The notes under the pieces: generated by a model
The model's input: only the letters and a program-made list of their open reading frames with translations
Database searches by the model: none
What the model was told of the DNA's origin: nothing
In this document: in pieces, positions 8,451-17,567 of the stretch
Layout: each line of letters opens with the position of its first letter
How positions within the stretch are numbered: the stretch's first letter is position 1
Made by a program: the position numbers and the translations under genes
Virus record (IMG/VR): IMGVR_UViG_3300020161_001799
Coordinates: 1 to 25,164 of that record
Reading direction: 5' to 3' (one strand)
DNA: 25,164 nucleotides
Source: a virus
Taxonomy: Duplodnaviria > Caudoviricetes

Positions 8451-8614
8451 TCGTTGTTCTCCTCAGTGTGTATTCGTATGAGATCATCATCTGCGGGCAT
8501 CATCACTGCTGCCTGCCCTGCTTCATTGACGATACCTAAAGACTCTCCATTTTCGACTCGTTCCATAAGTTCATCGAAACGTTCTTGAAACTCTTCTACA
8601 GTAAAAACTTCCAT
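8441..8614 (-). CDS. Phd/YefM antitoxin-like small protein (57 aa, not in the ORF track)
   Basis: Translated by hand: MEVFTVEEFQERFDELMERVENGESLGIVNEAGQAAVMMPADDDLIRIHTEENNEAQ. It resembles the Phd/YefM N-terminal pattern (TVxEFxxxxxELLxRVxxGExxxI...AVLxP). Confidence 0.7.
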   Translation of the reverse strand: MEVFTVEEFQERFDELMERVENGESLGIVNEAGQAAVMMPADDDLIRIHTEENNEAQ

Positions 8615-8616
8615 TT

Positions 8617-8808
8617 TCAAAGGGGGTTGCTATATGCAAGGCAATCATCGCTTACCTGAGCGCGAACTACTTCCAGTACATTCATAAACTCATCAATAGA
8701 ATCACAATTTACAACTTGCTCGTTGCCTGCATTGGAATAAAGGTAGAATTTACGTGCCAAGGTATCCACAACACAACGGGACAGGAACTCTTCGGTTTCA
8801 GCAGGCAT
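8617..8808 (-). CDS. Hypothetical protein (63 aa), first gene of an early operon
   Basis: Directly downstream of a consensus sigma70 promoter and 2 nt from the next ATG. Confidence 0.75.
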   Translation of the reverse strand: MPAETEEFLSRCVVDTLARKFYLYSNAGNEQVVNCDSIDEFMNVLEVVRAQVSDDCLAYSNPL

Positions 8809-8833
8809 CTGGTCTTTGATTGATTACCTAGGT

Positions 8834-8862
8834 ATTATAGGGCATCTGAGAGCGCCTGTCAA
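8834..8862 (-). promoter_or_regulatory. Consensus sigma70-type early promoter
   Basis: TTGACA (8862-8857), 17 nt, TATAAT (8839-8834). The -35 box overlaps the TGA of the upstream ORF. Confidence 0.85.
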
Positions 8863-9287
8863 GGGGTTAATCCAAGTAAACTTTTGAGTTCTTCTATTGT
8901 AAGGCCAGCATTTGCTAATTTTTCTTCTGGAGTTAATATTGGTAGTGGTGGAATATCTTCCAAAACCCAACCATTATTCCACTTAAGAACTTTTCCTTCT
9001 GGAACTTCTGGTGGCACTTCTTTTGTAGTATTCTCTGGTTGTTGTAATGGATTATAATTCTCTATGACTTCTTGAGTTTGAGTAGAATAATAAATTCCTT
9101 TTTTGTCTTCAACAATATTCCATTGGTTATCTTCAAATACTGGAATAAATCCTTCACCATATTGTGGTGCTTTAATATCAGTTGCATATGCTGGAATAAG
9201 AAATACTCCTGGTTCTAATGGAGACTCATCAGCAATTGATACTGCAGTAAGATGCTTGTATTCTGGATGATAATTATAGATTTCCAT
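8859..9287 (-). CDS. Tail fibre assembly chaperone (Tfa-like)
   Basis: IYNYHP...ADESPLEPGVFLIPAYATDIKAP...WNIVEDKKG motif, immediately after the collar-domain fibre. Confidence 0.75.
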   Translation of the reverse strand: MEIYNYHPEYKHLTAVSIADESPLEPGVFLIPAYATDIKAPQYGEGFIPVFEDNQWNIVEDKKGIYYSTQTQEVIENYNPLQQPENTTKEVPPEVPEGKVLKWNNGWVLEDIPPLPILTPEEKLANAGLTIEELKSLLGLTP

Positions 9288-9295
9288 GATTTTTA

Positions 9296-10174
9296 TTAGT
9301 ATTTAATACAATAAAGAAGGGCAATGTTGCGGGGACGAGTTTCTGTGCCACCAGTAGTTGGAGCAGCATCTGTAACGTTTGCTGATGTATTTGCCCAACG
9401 GTTTCCTGCCGACCAACCACTATTACTAAAAACACTAAATGTGGTATTATAATAATCAGTAAATGTATGAGTATGACTCTTAAAGTCATCTGTCTGAGAA
9501 CTACCAAAAGTTCTTCCAGTATCAACTGCTCTATCATCCGCCCAACCACGAATAAATTCACCTCTTAAATCAGGAAGAGTAAAGGATGCTCCACTTCCCC
9601 CAAAAGTATAACCAATTGTGGAAAATAATGATGCATAAGTTGTTGTGGATAATGAGGCACCATTTGCTTTTAAAAATCCTGCAGGAGCAGTAGATGCAGC
9701 AATGGTAATTATGGTCCCAGGAGGAGTGCTTAAATATCCACCACTCAGGTCAGTAACCGAAGATGTTGAAACAATACCAGTAATTTTGGCATTACCATTT
9801 ACGGTTAATGATGTGGTAGTAACAATTCCTGCAGAAAATCCACCTGTTCCACTTCTCAATACAAGTTGACCGCCAGTATTGTCTACTGCTCCACCGACTG
9901 TAGCTGCAGTTACATACGTTGCAGTATCAAGAGATCCATCTGCCTTTAAAAATGCATTAGAAGTACCAGAGGTTACTACAAATTTGGATGCTGTTGTAAT
10001 TCCTGTGGTGTTTACGTTACCAGAAACATCTAACTGAATTAACTGAGATTTTCCAGTTATATTAATATCTGTTGCTTCTATACCACTAAAAGCAGTTATA
10101 TCACCAAAAAAGGTGGTATCACCAAAAAAGGTGGCATTACCATTAAAGATAGATTCCCCGAATACTTCTGCCAT
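9296..10174 (-). CDS. Short fibre protein with phage tail-collar domain
   Basis: PPGTI...APAGFLKANGASLS...YASLFSTIGYTFGG...FTLPDLRGEFIRGW...SHTH...ETRPRNIALLYCIKY. Confidence 0.9.
   Translation of the reverse strand: MAEVFGESIFNGNATFFGDTTFFGDITAFSGIEATDINITGKSQLIQLDVSGNVNTTGITTASKFVVTSGTSNAFLKADGSLDTATYVTAATVGGAVDNTGGQLVLRSGTGGFSAGIVTTTSLTVNGNAKITGIVSTSSVTDLSGGYLSTPPGTIITIAASTAPAGFLKANGASLSTTTYASLFSTIGYTFGGSGASFTLPDLRGEFIRGWADDRAVDTGRTFGSSQTDDFKSHTHTFTDYYNTTFSVFSNSGWSAGNRWANTSANVTDAAPTTGGTETRPRNIALLYCIKY
10099..10134 (-). repeat. Perfect 18-nt tandem duplication (TFFGD twice)
   Basis: tatcaccaaaaaaggtgg at 10099-10116 and 10117-10134. Confidence 0.9.
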
Positions 10175-10731
10175 TAGAATAAGGTTAATTGACCGCCGCT
10201 AAAAGTTGAAGAAATTAAATCTGCTTCGACAAAAGTTCCAGCAAAAGCAATTTCGCCAAAAGATGATCCTTTTGGAGCAAGATTTCCTGTAAGAACATCA
10301 CAATCTGCTTGTTGCCCTTGAATTAATAAACGACCACCTGCTTTAATATTTAAATCTTTTCCAGCATTTAAACTAATATTTTCATCAGCATCAATAACAA
10401 TTTCAGATGCTCTAATTCTGACTGTACCATTTTTTTCTGCTGTGATACAAACGTCTCCATTTTTACCACAGATCATAATATCAACGCCAGTTGACTTGGA
10501 CTTCTGCCCTGCAACTATCTCAATTGATTGATCGTTGTAGATTTTATAAACTCCACCCTCACTCAATCCCGTAATACAGACATCTTTATTGTCAGTTACT
10601 GCATAAAAATTATATACATCAGTTCCGTTTACACCCATTGTTGGGTTGTTTAGATCTAATCTAAACTTTGGACCAAAAGTTTGTATGCTTCTTTGATGCC
10701 AATTTTGTTTGCCAAGAGGTCTTTCTGCCAT
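10174..10731 (-). CDS. gp5 C-terminal-like beta-helical spike protein
   Basis: Follows gp5 with a 1-nt gap and has periodic short beta strands (IRASEIVIDADENISLNAGKDLNIKAGG). Confidence 0.6.
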   Translation of the reverse strand: MAERPLGKQNWHQRSIQTFGPKFRLDLNNPTMGVNGTDVYNFYAVTDNKDVCITGLSEGGVYKIYNDQSIEIVAGQKSKSTGVDIMICGKNGDVCITAEKNGTVRIRASEIVIDADENISLNAGKDLNIKAGGRLLIQGQQADCDVLTGNLAPKGSSFGEIAFAGTFVEADLISSTFSGGQLTLF

Positions 10732-10732
10732 T

Positions 10733-12706
10733 TTATGCTAACACACAATCAATTACTCTCTTAACTTCTCCCTGAGGAGGTCTAATATCAGTTAGACCTA
10801 TCTGTATCAGAGCACCAGATCCTGTATTGGAGTTAACCTTAAGAATTGGTTTATCTTGGAAGTCAATCGTATTTAGTGGTTGTATTGGAGTTACTTTTGT
10901 AACTGCACCATTTGTGATCTGCAAATCATAATCATTTCCATAATCATCCGTAGCAGTATCACCTTGACTGTATCCGCTTCCAGGATCAAAGATTAGAATA
11001 TCTCCAATCGTATAATTCTTAATCTCTCTTGCAGGATAATTCTCACCTTCAGAAACAAGATAAATTCCTGTTACTTGTCCTGCATCATTAATTGTTGATC
11101 TTGCAAGAGCACCATATCCTTGCCCGCATTCATCAGTGATTTCAACGAATGGTGGGAATGTATATCCTGAACCAGGATTTGTAATATTAACTCCAATCAT
11201 ACTGCCTGTCTGACTATTATTTGCACCAACCAATGCACCCAGTAATGGAACTGCGGCACATCCCGATCCACCACCACCAAAAATATTAATTGTTGGAGAT
11301 CCACAAGTTGTTGGGTATGATGTACTACAAGGATTAATTCCATTTGGAATGCTGCTTCCAAATGATAGTGAACTGCCAACAGCTGCTGCAATATTTGCAT
11401 TATTTAAGATTGTACTAAATGGTGTTGGTGGAACATTTTTTGGTCCGCTACCAATTACCCACTGAGTAACACCACTATCTGCAGATGCAGATTGACCGCA
11501 GTTTAATGCACTATCTAAACCAGAAAGACCATCAACTGCATTACGAAGAGTATTTTGAATACTAAATCCACCAAAGAATTGTAGAATTTGTTGAATACCT
11601 GCAATTGGACCTGCTAGTCCACTGCTAACTTTTCCAATGATGTCATTAACCAAAGATCCTGTAAATTGATTTGCAGCACAAGAAGCGAAATTCTGAACGT
11701 TACCTACAATAGATTGTAAAAGACTTTTAACAACTCCACCCAATGTTCCAATAATTTGATTGGTGATACAAGGAATTATACTTTGTAATGCTTTGACTGG
11801 TATCACCATTGCTTTTTGTGCTGCTACGCCAGCAAGATGGGCAATAGCAGGATTTAGAGTTGCAGTAAAAACTAAATTATAGACAAATTTGTAGAGTAAC
11901 TTAAGACCCTTATTAATAATGGGTGCCAGTTTGTTAAACAAACCATTCACCATATTTGAAACTAATCCTGTAGCAATAGACTGAACCTTTTTTGTAACGC
12001 GATCAATTTCTCGATTAATCCAATTAATTGCATAAGATGATGCAGAAGCAGCGATTGCAAGAATATCTTGAACCTTTTTAACAAAGTTTCCAACTTCAGA
12101 ACTAATTTTATTAACTACTTGTCCCGATTTCTTAGATGCTAACTGAACTGTATCTCCAATTGCACTAAAGTATGAAACCTCACCATTTCCAAGATCTTTT
12201 GCCTGTTTTGGTGAAACGTGTCTTGGTGATTTTTGAGATTTAGCATTCTGTTCGTTGGATTCATCCTTTTTCAGAGTATCACTGGATGGTGATTTAATGC
12301 TATCAGTGTATCCAGTAAAAGGTTGAAATGGACCAGCCCAATCTTTTGTTGGAACCTGAGAAGTTCTTCCAAAAGTTGACATAATAACAGGAATCTGTGC
12401 GTTATCTCCATCAAGGAAGAATCCAAATACTACATCACCTGGTTGTAGTTTAACATCCGTCGCTACGTTTGCCGCACCACTTCCTGCTGTGGTTGGTATT
12501 AGTGCCTGAGCCCAAGGAAGATCATCATTGGGAAGTTCAGTTTCGTTATATGGATGATAACCTAAGATTCTAACTTTATATCTGTTTCCCCAACCAGCAC
12601 CCGCAGCCTGTCCCCCCTGAGATCCGATAGGTGGAATTTGTCCGATCCACCAACGAAACCCATCTCTTCCTAGGAAATTACTTTTTAAAAGTGACTGATC
12701 TATCAT
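10733..12706 (-). CDS. gp5: Baseplate hub / central spike gp5 (OB-fold N-terminus, no recognisable lysozyme domain)
   Basis: FLGRDGFRWWIGQI...RYKVRILGYHP...LPWAQAL.PTTAGSG...GDVVFGFFLDGDNAQIPVIM. Confidence 0.85.
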   Translation of the reverse strand: MIDQSLLKSNFLGRDGFRWWIGQIPPIGSQGGQAAGAGWGNRYKVRILGYHPYNETELPNDDLPWAQALIPTTAGSGAANVATDVKLQPGDVVFGFFLDGDNAQIPVIMSTFGRTSQVPTKDWAGPFQPFTGYTDSIKSPSSDTLKKDESNEQNAKSQKSPRHVSPKQAKDLGNGEVSYFSAIGDTVQLASKKSGQVVNKISSEVGNFVKKVQDILAIAASASSYAINWINREIDRVTKKVQSIATGLVSNMVNGLFNKLAPIINKGLKLLYKFVYNLVFTATLNPAIAHLAGVAAQKAMVIPVKALQSIIPCITNQIIGTLGGVVKSLLQSIVGNVQNFASCAANQFTGSLVNDIIGKVSSGLAGPIAGIQQILQFFGGFSIQNTLRNAVDGLSGLDSALNCGQSASADSGVTQWVIGSGPKNVPPTPFSTILNNANIAAAVGSSLSFGSSIPNGINPCSTSYPTTCGSPTINIFGGGGSGCAAVPLLGALVGANNSQTGSMIGVNITNPGSGYTFPPFVEITDECGQGYGALARSTINDAGQVTGIYLVSEGENYPAREIKNYTIGDILIFDPGSGYSQGDTATDDYGNDYDLQITNGAVTKVTPIQPLNTIDFQDKPILKVNSNTGSGALIQIGLTDIRPPQGEVKRVIDCVLA

Positions 12707-14058
12707 TTCTTATTATTAGTCCCGTAACGTCCGAATGTATCACGAATTAGTTTCATCGAAGTATATGATGATTCAGAATCAAAATGATGACATAGTTCCT
12801 TAATCATATATAGACCGCTTTGTTCCTTATCATATTCTTCCTTATCATTACCAGAAATTTTTGGAAACTGACAAGTAATCAGATCTCCTGCCATTAAGTT
12901 TGTATTCAATGGAATTATCATACTTAATGTCTGAGTGAATAGAATATTGTATCTCATCAATGATTGTGATTGGTATTTAAATGGATCAGCATTCTGTTCT
13001 GTTGAAACATCTTTCTCCATTGTTCCAATATCTAAACATTGTGTAATGATTCTTGTTGGAACACTTCCAAGATCTACATTAGATGCAGATGAAATTTTTG
13101 GAAGTTTAAGTTGATCTCCAAGATTTTTTGTTTTACTTACATAATCCTCAAGTTTAAACAGTCCTTTTTGTGGATCAGTAAATTCGAAAGTAAGAGGATT
13201 GTAGAACATACGATAACTTGAATATGTTCCGAGTCTTAATTTCTCAATTAAGTTCTGATTCTTTTCCGTTGCATAATTCAGAACTTTAAAAGCATTATCT
13301 GCTTGATCTCCTTCTTCAGAATAAGATTCCTGAGCGCCCGAATAAGTATAGGTTGCTTTTGAATCTTGAGTGAGTAGATTATCAATTGACCTGAACTGGA
13401 ATCCCTCTCTATTTTGATAAAAAACAAATCCAGCAGTCGCATCTCCAGAAGAATCTGCAGGAACTCCTTTACCCGCTAACCAAACAAGAACAGTGAATGG
13501 TTTTCTTAAATTACCAATGAAACCATATCTATTTTGAGTTTTATCTAATTTACCTATCTTCTTTGTATTAAGAATCTTTTCTAAAATATCTTTAACTGAA
13601 ACATCAATCGTAGAACTTGTTGGATATTTTCTAGTTACTCTAGTTGTTTCGTTTGTGATTGCTTCTCTTGAAGTTAAATTCAAAACAAAACTTTCTCTTT
13701 GTGCTTCAGAAATAACATCAGTAATACCCGAAACATAAAAATAATCTGTTGAGGATTTGGAAAAATCTAGTCCCTTATTATTTTTAGAATTTCCTGCAAT
13801 TCTCATAGAAACTCTTTCTCCACCTCTCAAAGGTAGACCATTATAAATTGATTGTTTTTGCCCGTCAGTATTTCCTTCAGCATCGGGCGCCTGAATACTG
13901 TTACCGTCATTTACAACTCTAATTTTAGCAGTAATTGTTGGTGAAAAAATATCCTCATAATAATCAATGGAAATCGCACCAGTTTTAATATCAACTGTTC
14001 TTTTCTGATCGTTTGATTCTATGAAGAGTTCTTCATATATGGACTTTTTTGTTGACAT
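12703..14058 (-). CDS. Baseplate hub protein (gp27-like)
   Basis: IDYYEDIFSPTITA N-terminus and SGLYMIKELCHHF...MKLIRD C-terminus. Lies directly before gp5 with a 4-nt overlap. Confidence 0.65.
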   Translation of the reverse strand: MSTKKSIYEELFIESNDQKRTVDIKTGAISIDYYEDIFSPTITAKIRVVNDGNSIQAPDAEGNTDGQKQSIYNGLPLRGGERVSMRIAGNSKNNKGLDFSKSSTDYFYVSGITDVISEAQRESFVLNLTSREAITNETTRVTRKYPTSSTIDVSVKDILEKILNTKKIGKLDKTQNRYGFIGNLRKPFTVLVWLAGKGVPADSSGDATAGFVFYQNREGFQFRSIDNLLTQDSKATYTYSGAQESYSEEGDQADNAFKVLNYATEKNQNLIEKLRLGTYSSYRMFYNPLTFEFTDPQKGLFKLEDYVSKTKNLGDQLKLPKISSASNVDLGSVPTRIITQCLDIGTMEKDVSTEQNADPFKYQSQSLMRYNILFTQTLSMIIPLNTNLMAGDLITCQFPKISGNDKEEYDKEQSGLYMIKELCHHFDSESSYTSMKLIRDTFGRYGTNNKK

Positions 14059-15818
14059 TATAGGTACGCGAGTTCAACTAATAAGTGATTCTTAACAAAG
14101 TTATTTAACACTGTTGCTGGGCTTTCTGCTAGTGCTTGTCCCCCCATACCACCTCCATATGATTCCTGTCCGCCTCCTCCACCGCCTCCTGAGGGAGTTA
14201 ATCCCATTTCTGGGATTATGACACTAATATCTTCACCAACGCTAGTAGGGGTTAATCCAGCAGCAGTCATTGCACCTGTTCCTGGTGTTGCAGATACTGC
14301 AGCAGAAGATCCACCGCTGCCACCACCCAATTGTGGTCCAGAAAATCCTCCAGAAATTAAATCTGCTCTAAGCATTGAACTTAATTTAGTTTCTCCTTTG
14401 GCATCATCAGTCACACCCTTTCTTGTGTTATTGCCACTATAAAAAGGAATATCAAATGCAAGATTTTTATAGTGAAGAGATCCATCGGCATGTTTTCCTG
14501 TGTTTATTGAACCAATCGTCCAACCTCTACCTGTCAAAAATGCCATAGCAGCATCTCTTGTCTTTTGACTATCAAAACCAAGGTGGTCGTGATAATTTTT
14601 CCCACCATGATCTGCTGCATATCTGGGACTTGTTCTATCACCAGTAATATATTGAATAACTTTTCCACCAGATCCAACAGGGGGTTTTGTAGAAACCGAA
14701 GTTCCACCAGATCTTAAAGTTTCTCTTGCATATCTTATACGAGCAGCATCATTTGCTTCTGCTTCTCCAGGTCTTTCATATTGTTTTCTAAAAATAATTG
14801 TTGCAGATTCTAGTGATTTTTGAGATTTTAAATTCTTTTCACTCAATCCACCTTCTCCCGTTTTTAATTCTTTTTGAATAAACATCAATTGAGTTTCAAA
14901 TGCATTTGGATCCATTCCACTTTTTCTCGCAAATGCTTCTAAGTTTCTCCAACGATTTGCATCCCATTGTGCGATTCCCTTCATTCCAATAGAATTGGAT
15001 AGCGTTGGATTCATTGCAGAGTTTTCTTGTCTTAGATTGCCAACAATTCCTGCTGCCTGTTCGTCACTATACCCTTGACTTTTAAAATAAGAAAATGCTT
15101 GTTGAGCTTTTGTTCCACCACCAAAACTAGGGGTAAGTGGTGGTTCATAAGATTGCTCTGGTAGTGGTTGACCGACTTGAGGAATATCAGTTCCTGTTAA
15201 ACTTTTGTCTAATCCAGTAGAAAATAATTGAAATCCTTCTTCAAATTGTTGCCCCATTTTATCAATATTTGTTTGCACTTGATTAAATGCACTAAAAACA
15301 TCATTTGGTAATGCGGCAAAATTGAACTTCGCAATATCTCCAACAATATTAACTAATCCCTGCCCCAAAGAAATCACAATTCCACTTGCACTGGAAACAA
15401 TAGTTCCAATTATATTTCCTAATTTTACAACTCTTCCAGCAAATTCCTTTGCCATTCCAATCCAAGTTGGAAGATTATACAATAACCACCCAATAGCAAG
15501 ATTGCTAATGAAATCCATAATTCTTCCAAGAAAACTTTTTCCAGTTCTGGCAAGTGCAAGTCCTGGTGTTTTTGAAATAGAAGACATTTTAGAATATTCC
15601 AGAACATCTTCTTGTTCTCTTCTTGATTCATTCTCAAGTCTTCTTCTGTTTAATTCTTGCCTTCTTTGAAATATTTCACTTCTAATTTTTGTTTTATTTA
15701 AAAAAGCATTATTGATATTCTGAATAGATTTTTGACTGCTAAGAATACTGCTTCTTACAGCACCAGTATCTGCGGCAATCTTTTTAATATTAATAGCATA
15801 TGAATTTACAGTTGCCAT
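14058..15818 (-). CDS. Tape-measure/hub-associated protein with tail lysozyme (Phage_lysozyme2-like) and M15-like peptidase domains
   Basis: Helical N-terminus, then AAGIVGNLRQE...GIAQW...R...TQLMFIQKEL...YERP (tail lysozyme), then HADGSLHYKNLAFD (SxHxxxxAxD). Confidence 0.75.
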   Translation of the reverse strand: MATVNSYAINIKKIAADTGAVRSSILSSQKSIQNINNAFLNKTKIRSEIFQRRQELNRRRLENESRREQEDVLEYSKMSSISKTPGLALARTGKSFLGRIMDFISNLAIGWLLYNLPTWIGMAKEFAGRVVKLGNIIGTIVSSASGIVISLGQGLVNIVGDIAKFNFAALPNDVFSAFNQVQTNIDKMGQQFEEGFQLFSTGLDKSLTGTDIPQVGQPLPEQSYEPPLTPSFGGGTKAQQAFSYFKSQGYSDEQAAGIVGNLRQENSAMNPTLSNSIGMKGIAQWDANRWRNLEAFARKSGMDPNAFETQLMFIQKELKTGEGGLSEKNLKSQKSLESATIIFRKQYERPGEAEANDAARIRYARETLRSGGTSVSTKPPVGSGGKVIQYITGDRTSPRYAADHGGKNYHDHLGFDSQKTRDAAMAFLTGRGWTIGSINTGKHADGSLHYKNLAFDIPFYSGNNTRKGVTDDAKGETKLSSMLRADLISGGFSGPQLGGGSGGSSAAVSATPGTGAMTAAGLTPTSVGEDISVIIPEMGLTPSGGGGGGGQESYGGGMGGQALAESPATVLNNFVKNHLLVELAYL

Positions 15819-15819
15819 A

Positions 15820-17400
15820 TTACATTACCACATTATAATTTAATTGGGAATATAATGCATAAAAATTATCAGGATTACTTGAAGGAATATTAGGAACCTG
15901 AGTTGCTGGTGCTGATGATTTTGGTGGCACTGATGATTGATTTTGTGATGGTGCTGCGGCAACAACAACATTTGGTTTTGGTTTAGCAGCAGGACCAACA
16001 TTGGGCATTTCCTTTGGAATTGATTTAGTTTCTGCTTGAGTTATTTCTGCTGGTTTAGTTTCTGCTGGTTTAGTTTCTGCTGGAGTCATCATCGCAGCAG
16101 GAGTTGCATTTTTTGTTGTTGTGGTAGTGGCAGCAGGTTTTGTAGTTTCTTTTTCTTTTGGTTTTGCTTGAGTTTTTTCGTCAGTTGTTTTTGGGGAAGG
16201 TGTTAGACCCATAGGCATAATATTAATTTCTTCTGATCTCAATGCTGCTGGAGTATTATAAGAAGGTGCAGCTGCTGGTTGTGCTGCCATGGCACCCATT
16301 GGCGTTTGCATTGGTTGAGCTTTTGCTACTGGTGCTGGTGCTGGTGCCGACGAAGATTCTGGAGTAGTAGACTTATCTTTAGACCCTCCAAAAAGACTTG
16401 GCAATGCGCCACTATCAAATAAAAGTTCTTTTCCCCAAGCAGCTGCTTTAAATGCTTTTCCAGCTGGTCCAGGTAAAAATGATCCGCCAGCAAGAAGTCC
16501 ACCAAAAGGATCTCCTGTAAAGATATCTTTAATTCCCAGCAATCCAGTACCAAGCCCACCCGCAGGTTTTCCTCCACCAGGTTTTCCTCCACCAGGTTTC
16601 CCACCAGCACCAGGTTTTCCTCCACCAGGTGGGACAATCGATGGAGCTGCCGCAGGAGCACCAATACGAGGAATCTTTCCCATCATCCCTTTAAGGGCAT
16701 CTATCACCAACTGAAATGGTCTAAGAAATAGTCCCCCAACAACAAAACCACCAATTCTCGCAGCAAGACCAATAACTGATCTAGTTAAACCTACAATGGC
16801 AGCTTTTATAATTGCAAGAATGCCGCCGCCAGCAATAACAAAAGCAAATGCTTTTAAGACCTCATTTCTAATTGATATAAGTTTTTCTTTATTTTCTTCC
16901 GCATTTGCCTGCAATGCTTCTATTCCCTGATTAAGTAACCAACCAAGGAATAAAGTTCTCAAAGCATTGCCAACATTACCAAAAACTGAAGATACTTTAT
17001 TTTGTAATGCAACAACTGGTTTTGTTAATGCCGCTTGTATTTTTGATTCTAAGGCACTTTCTTGCCCTATTCTAACTTGTCTTTCTGATAATTTTCTCTG
17101 ATAGTCTTGATCCGCTTGTGCCATGGTCGACTCAAGCGTTGAATCATTTGTTATTCTTGTGGCAATAGAATTCAAAGATTCATTTAGTGATGAAATTTGA
17201 ATTCTAATACCATTTATTCCACTTGCAATATCAGCAAGTGTGGATTGATTATCTTCTAAAAGTTGTTTATTGCCATCTCCATCAACCCCAGATGCACCCG
17301 AACCAGTGAATCCGCCGCCACCAAAGACCCCTCCAGAAACTCTGCTCTGGATTAATCCACCTTGTAAGGATCTAGCAAGTGGCGATTGAATTATTGCCAT
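15820..17400 (-). CDS. Tape-measure-like / baseplate hub-associated helical protein
   Basis: Coiled-coil N-terminus, hydrophobic Gly/Ala-rich helices and a low-complexity Pro/Ala/Thr C-terminal region. Lies directly after gp26/gp51. Confidence 0.55.
   Translation of the reverse strand: MAIIQSPLARSLQGGLIQSRVSGGVFGGGGFTGSGASGVDGDGNKQLLEDNQSTLADIASGINGIRIQISSLNESLNSIATRITNDSTLESTMAQADQDYQRKLSERQVRIGQESALESKIQAALTKPVVALQNKVSSVFGNVGNALRTLFLGWLLNQGIEALQANAEENKEKLISIRNEVLKAFAFVIAGGGILAIIKAAIVGLTRSVIGLAARIGGFVVGGLFLRPFQLVIDALKGMMGKIPRIGAPAAAPSIVPPGGGKPGAGGKPGGGKPGGGKPAGGLGTGLLGIKDIFTGDPFGGLLAGGSFLPGPAGKAFKAAAWGKELLFDSGALPSLFGGSKDKSTTPESSSAPAPAPVAKAQPMQTPMGAMAAQPAAAPSYNTPAALRSEEINIMPMGLTPSPKTTDEKTQAKPKEKETTKPAATTTTTKNATPAAMMTPAETKPAETKPAEITQAETKSIPKEMPNVGPAAKPKPNVVVAAAPSQNQSSVPPKSSAPATQVPNIPSSNPDNFYALYSQLNYNVVM
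16024..16083 (-). repeat. 15-nt tandem repeats encoding AETKP-like units
   Basis: Protein reads PAETKPAETKPAEITQAETK. Confidence 0.8.
16563..16629 (-). repeat. 15-nt tandem repeats encoding PGGGK units
   Basis: ccaggttttcctcca repeated; protein reads PGGGKPGAGGKPGGGKPGGGKP. Confidence 0.85.
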
Positions 17401-17567
17401 TAATTTTTATTTTTGAGATTTTCTTCCTCAATATACTGTTGGAGAAGAGATACATAGATTTCTCTTTCCCAAGGTATCATATTCTCTAGTTCTGTCAAAC
17501 TATATTTATGATGATGAATTAAGGCAAAATTTGTTTTGTAGTATGACTCAAGATTTTCATGAGCCAT
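17400..17567 (-). CDS. gp51: Baseplate hub assembly catalyst gp51-like (55 aa, not in the ORF track; possibly made as a gp26 frameshift extension)
   Basis: Translated by hand: MAHENLESYYKTNFALIHHHKYSLTELENMIPWEREIYVSLLQQYIEEENLKNKN. Its TAA overlaps the next ATG (TAATG). Confidence 0.85.
   Translation of the reverse strand: MAHENLESYYKTNFALIHHHKYSLTELENMIPWEREIYVSLLQQYIEEENLKNKN

Noticed and set aside
8859-10174. Diversity-generating retroelement or invertible fibre cassette
   Set aside because: No reverse transcriptase, invertase, template/variable repeat pair or flanking inverted repeats were seen in this window.
17503-17510. CATAAATA late promoter inside gp51
   Set aside because: It could be explained by the HKY codons alone. 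Possible, but unsupported without start-site data.
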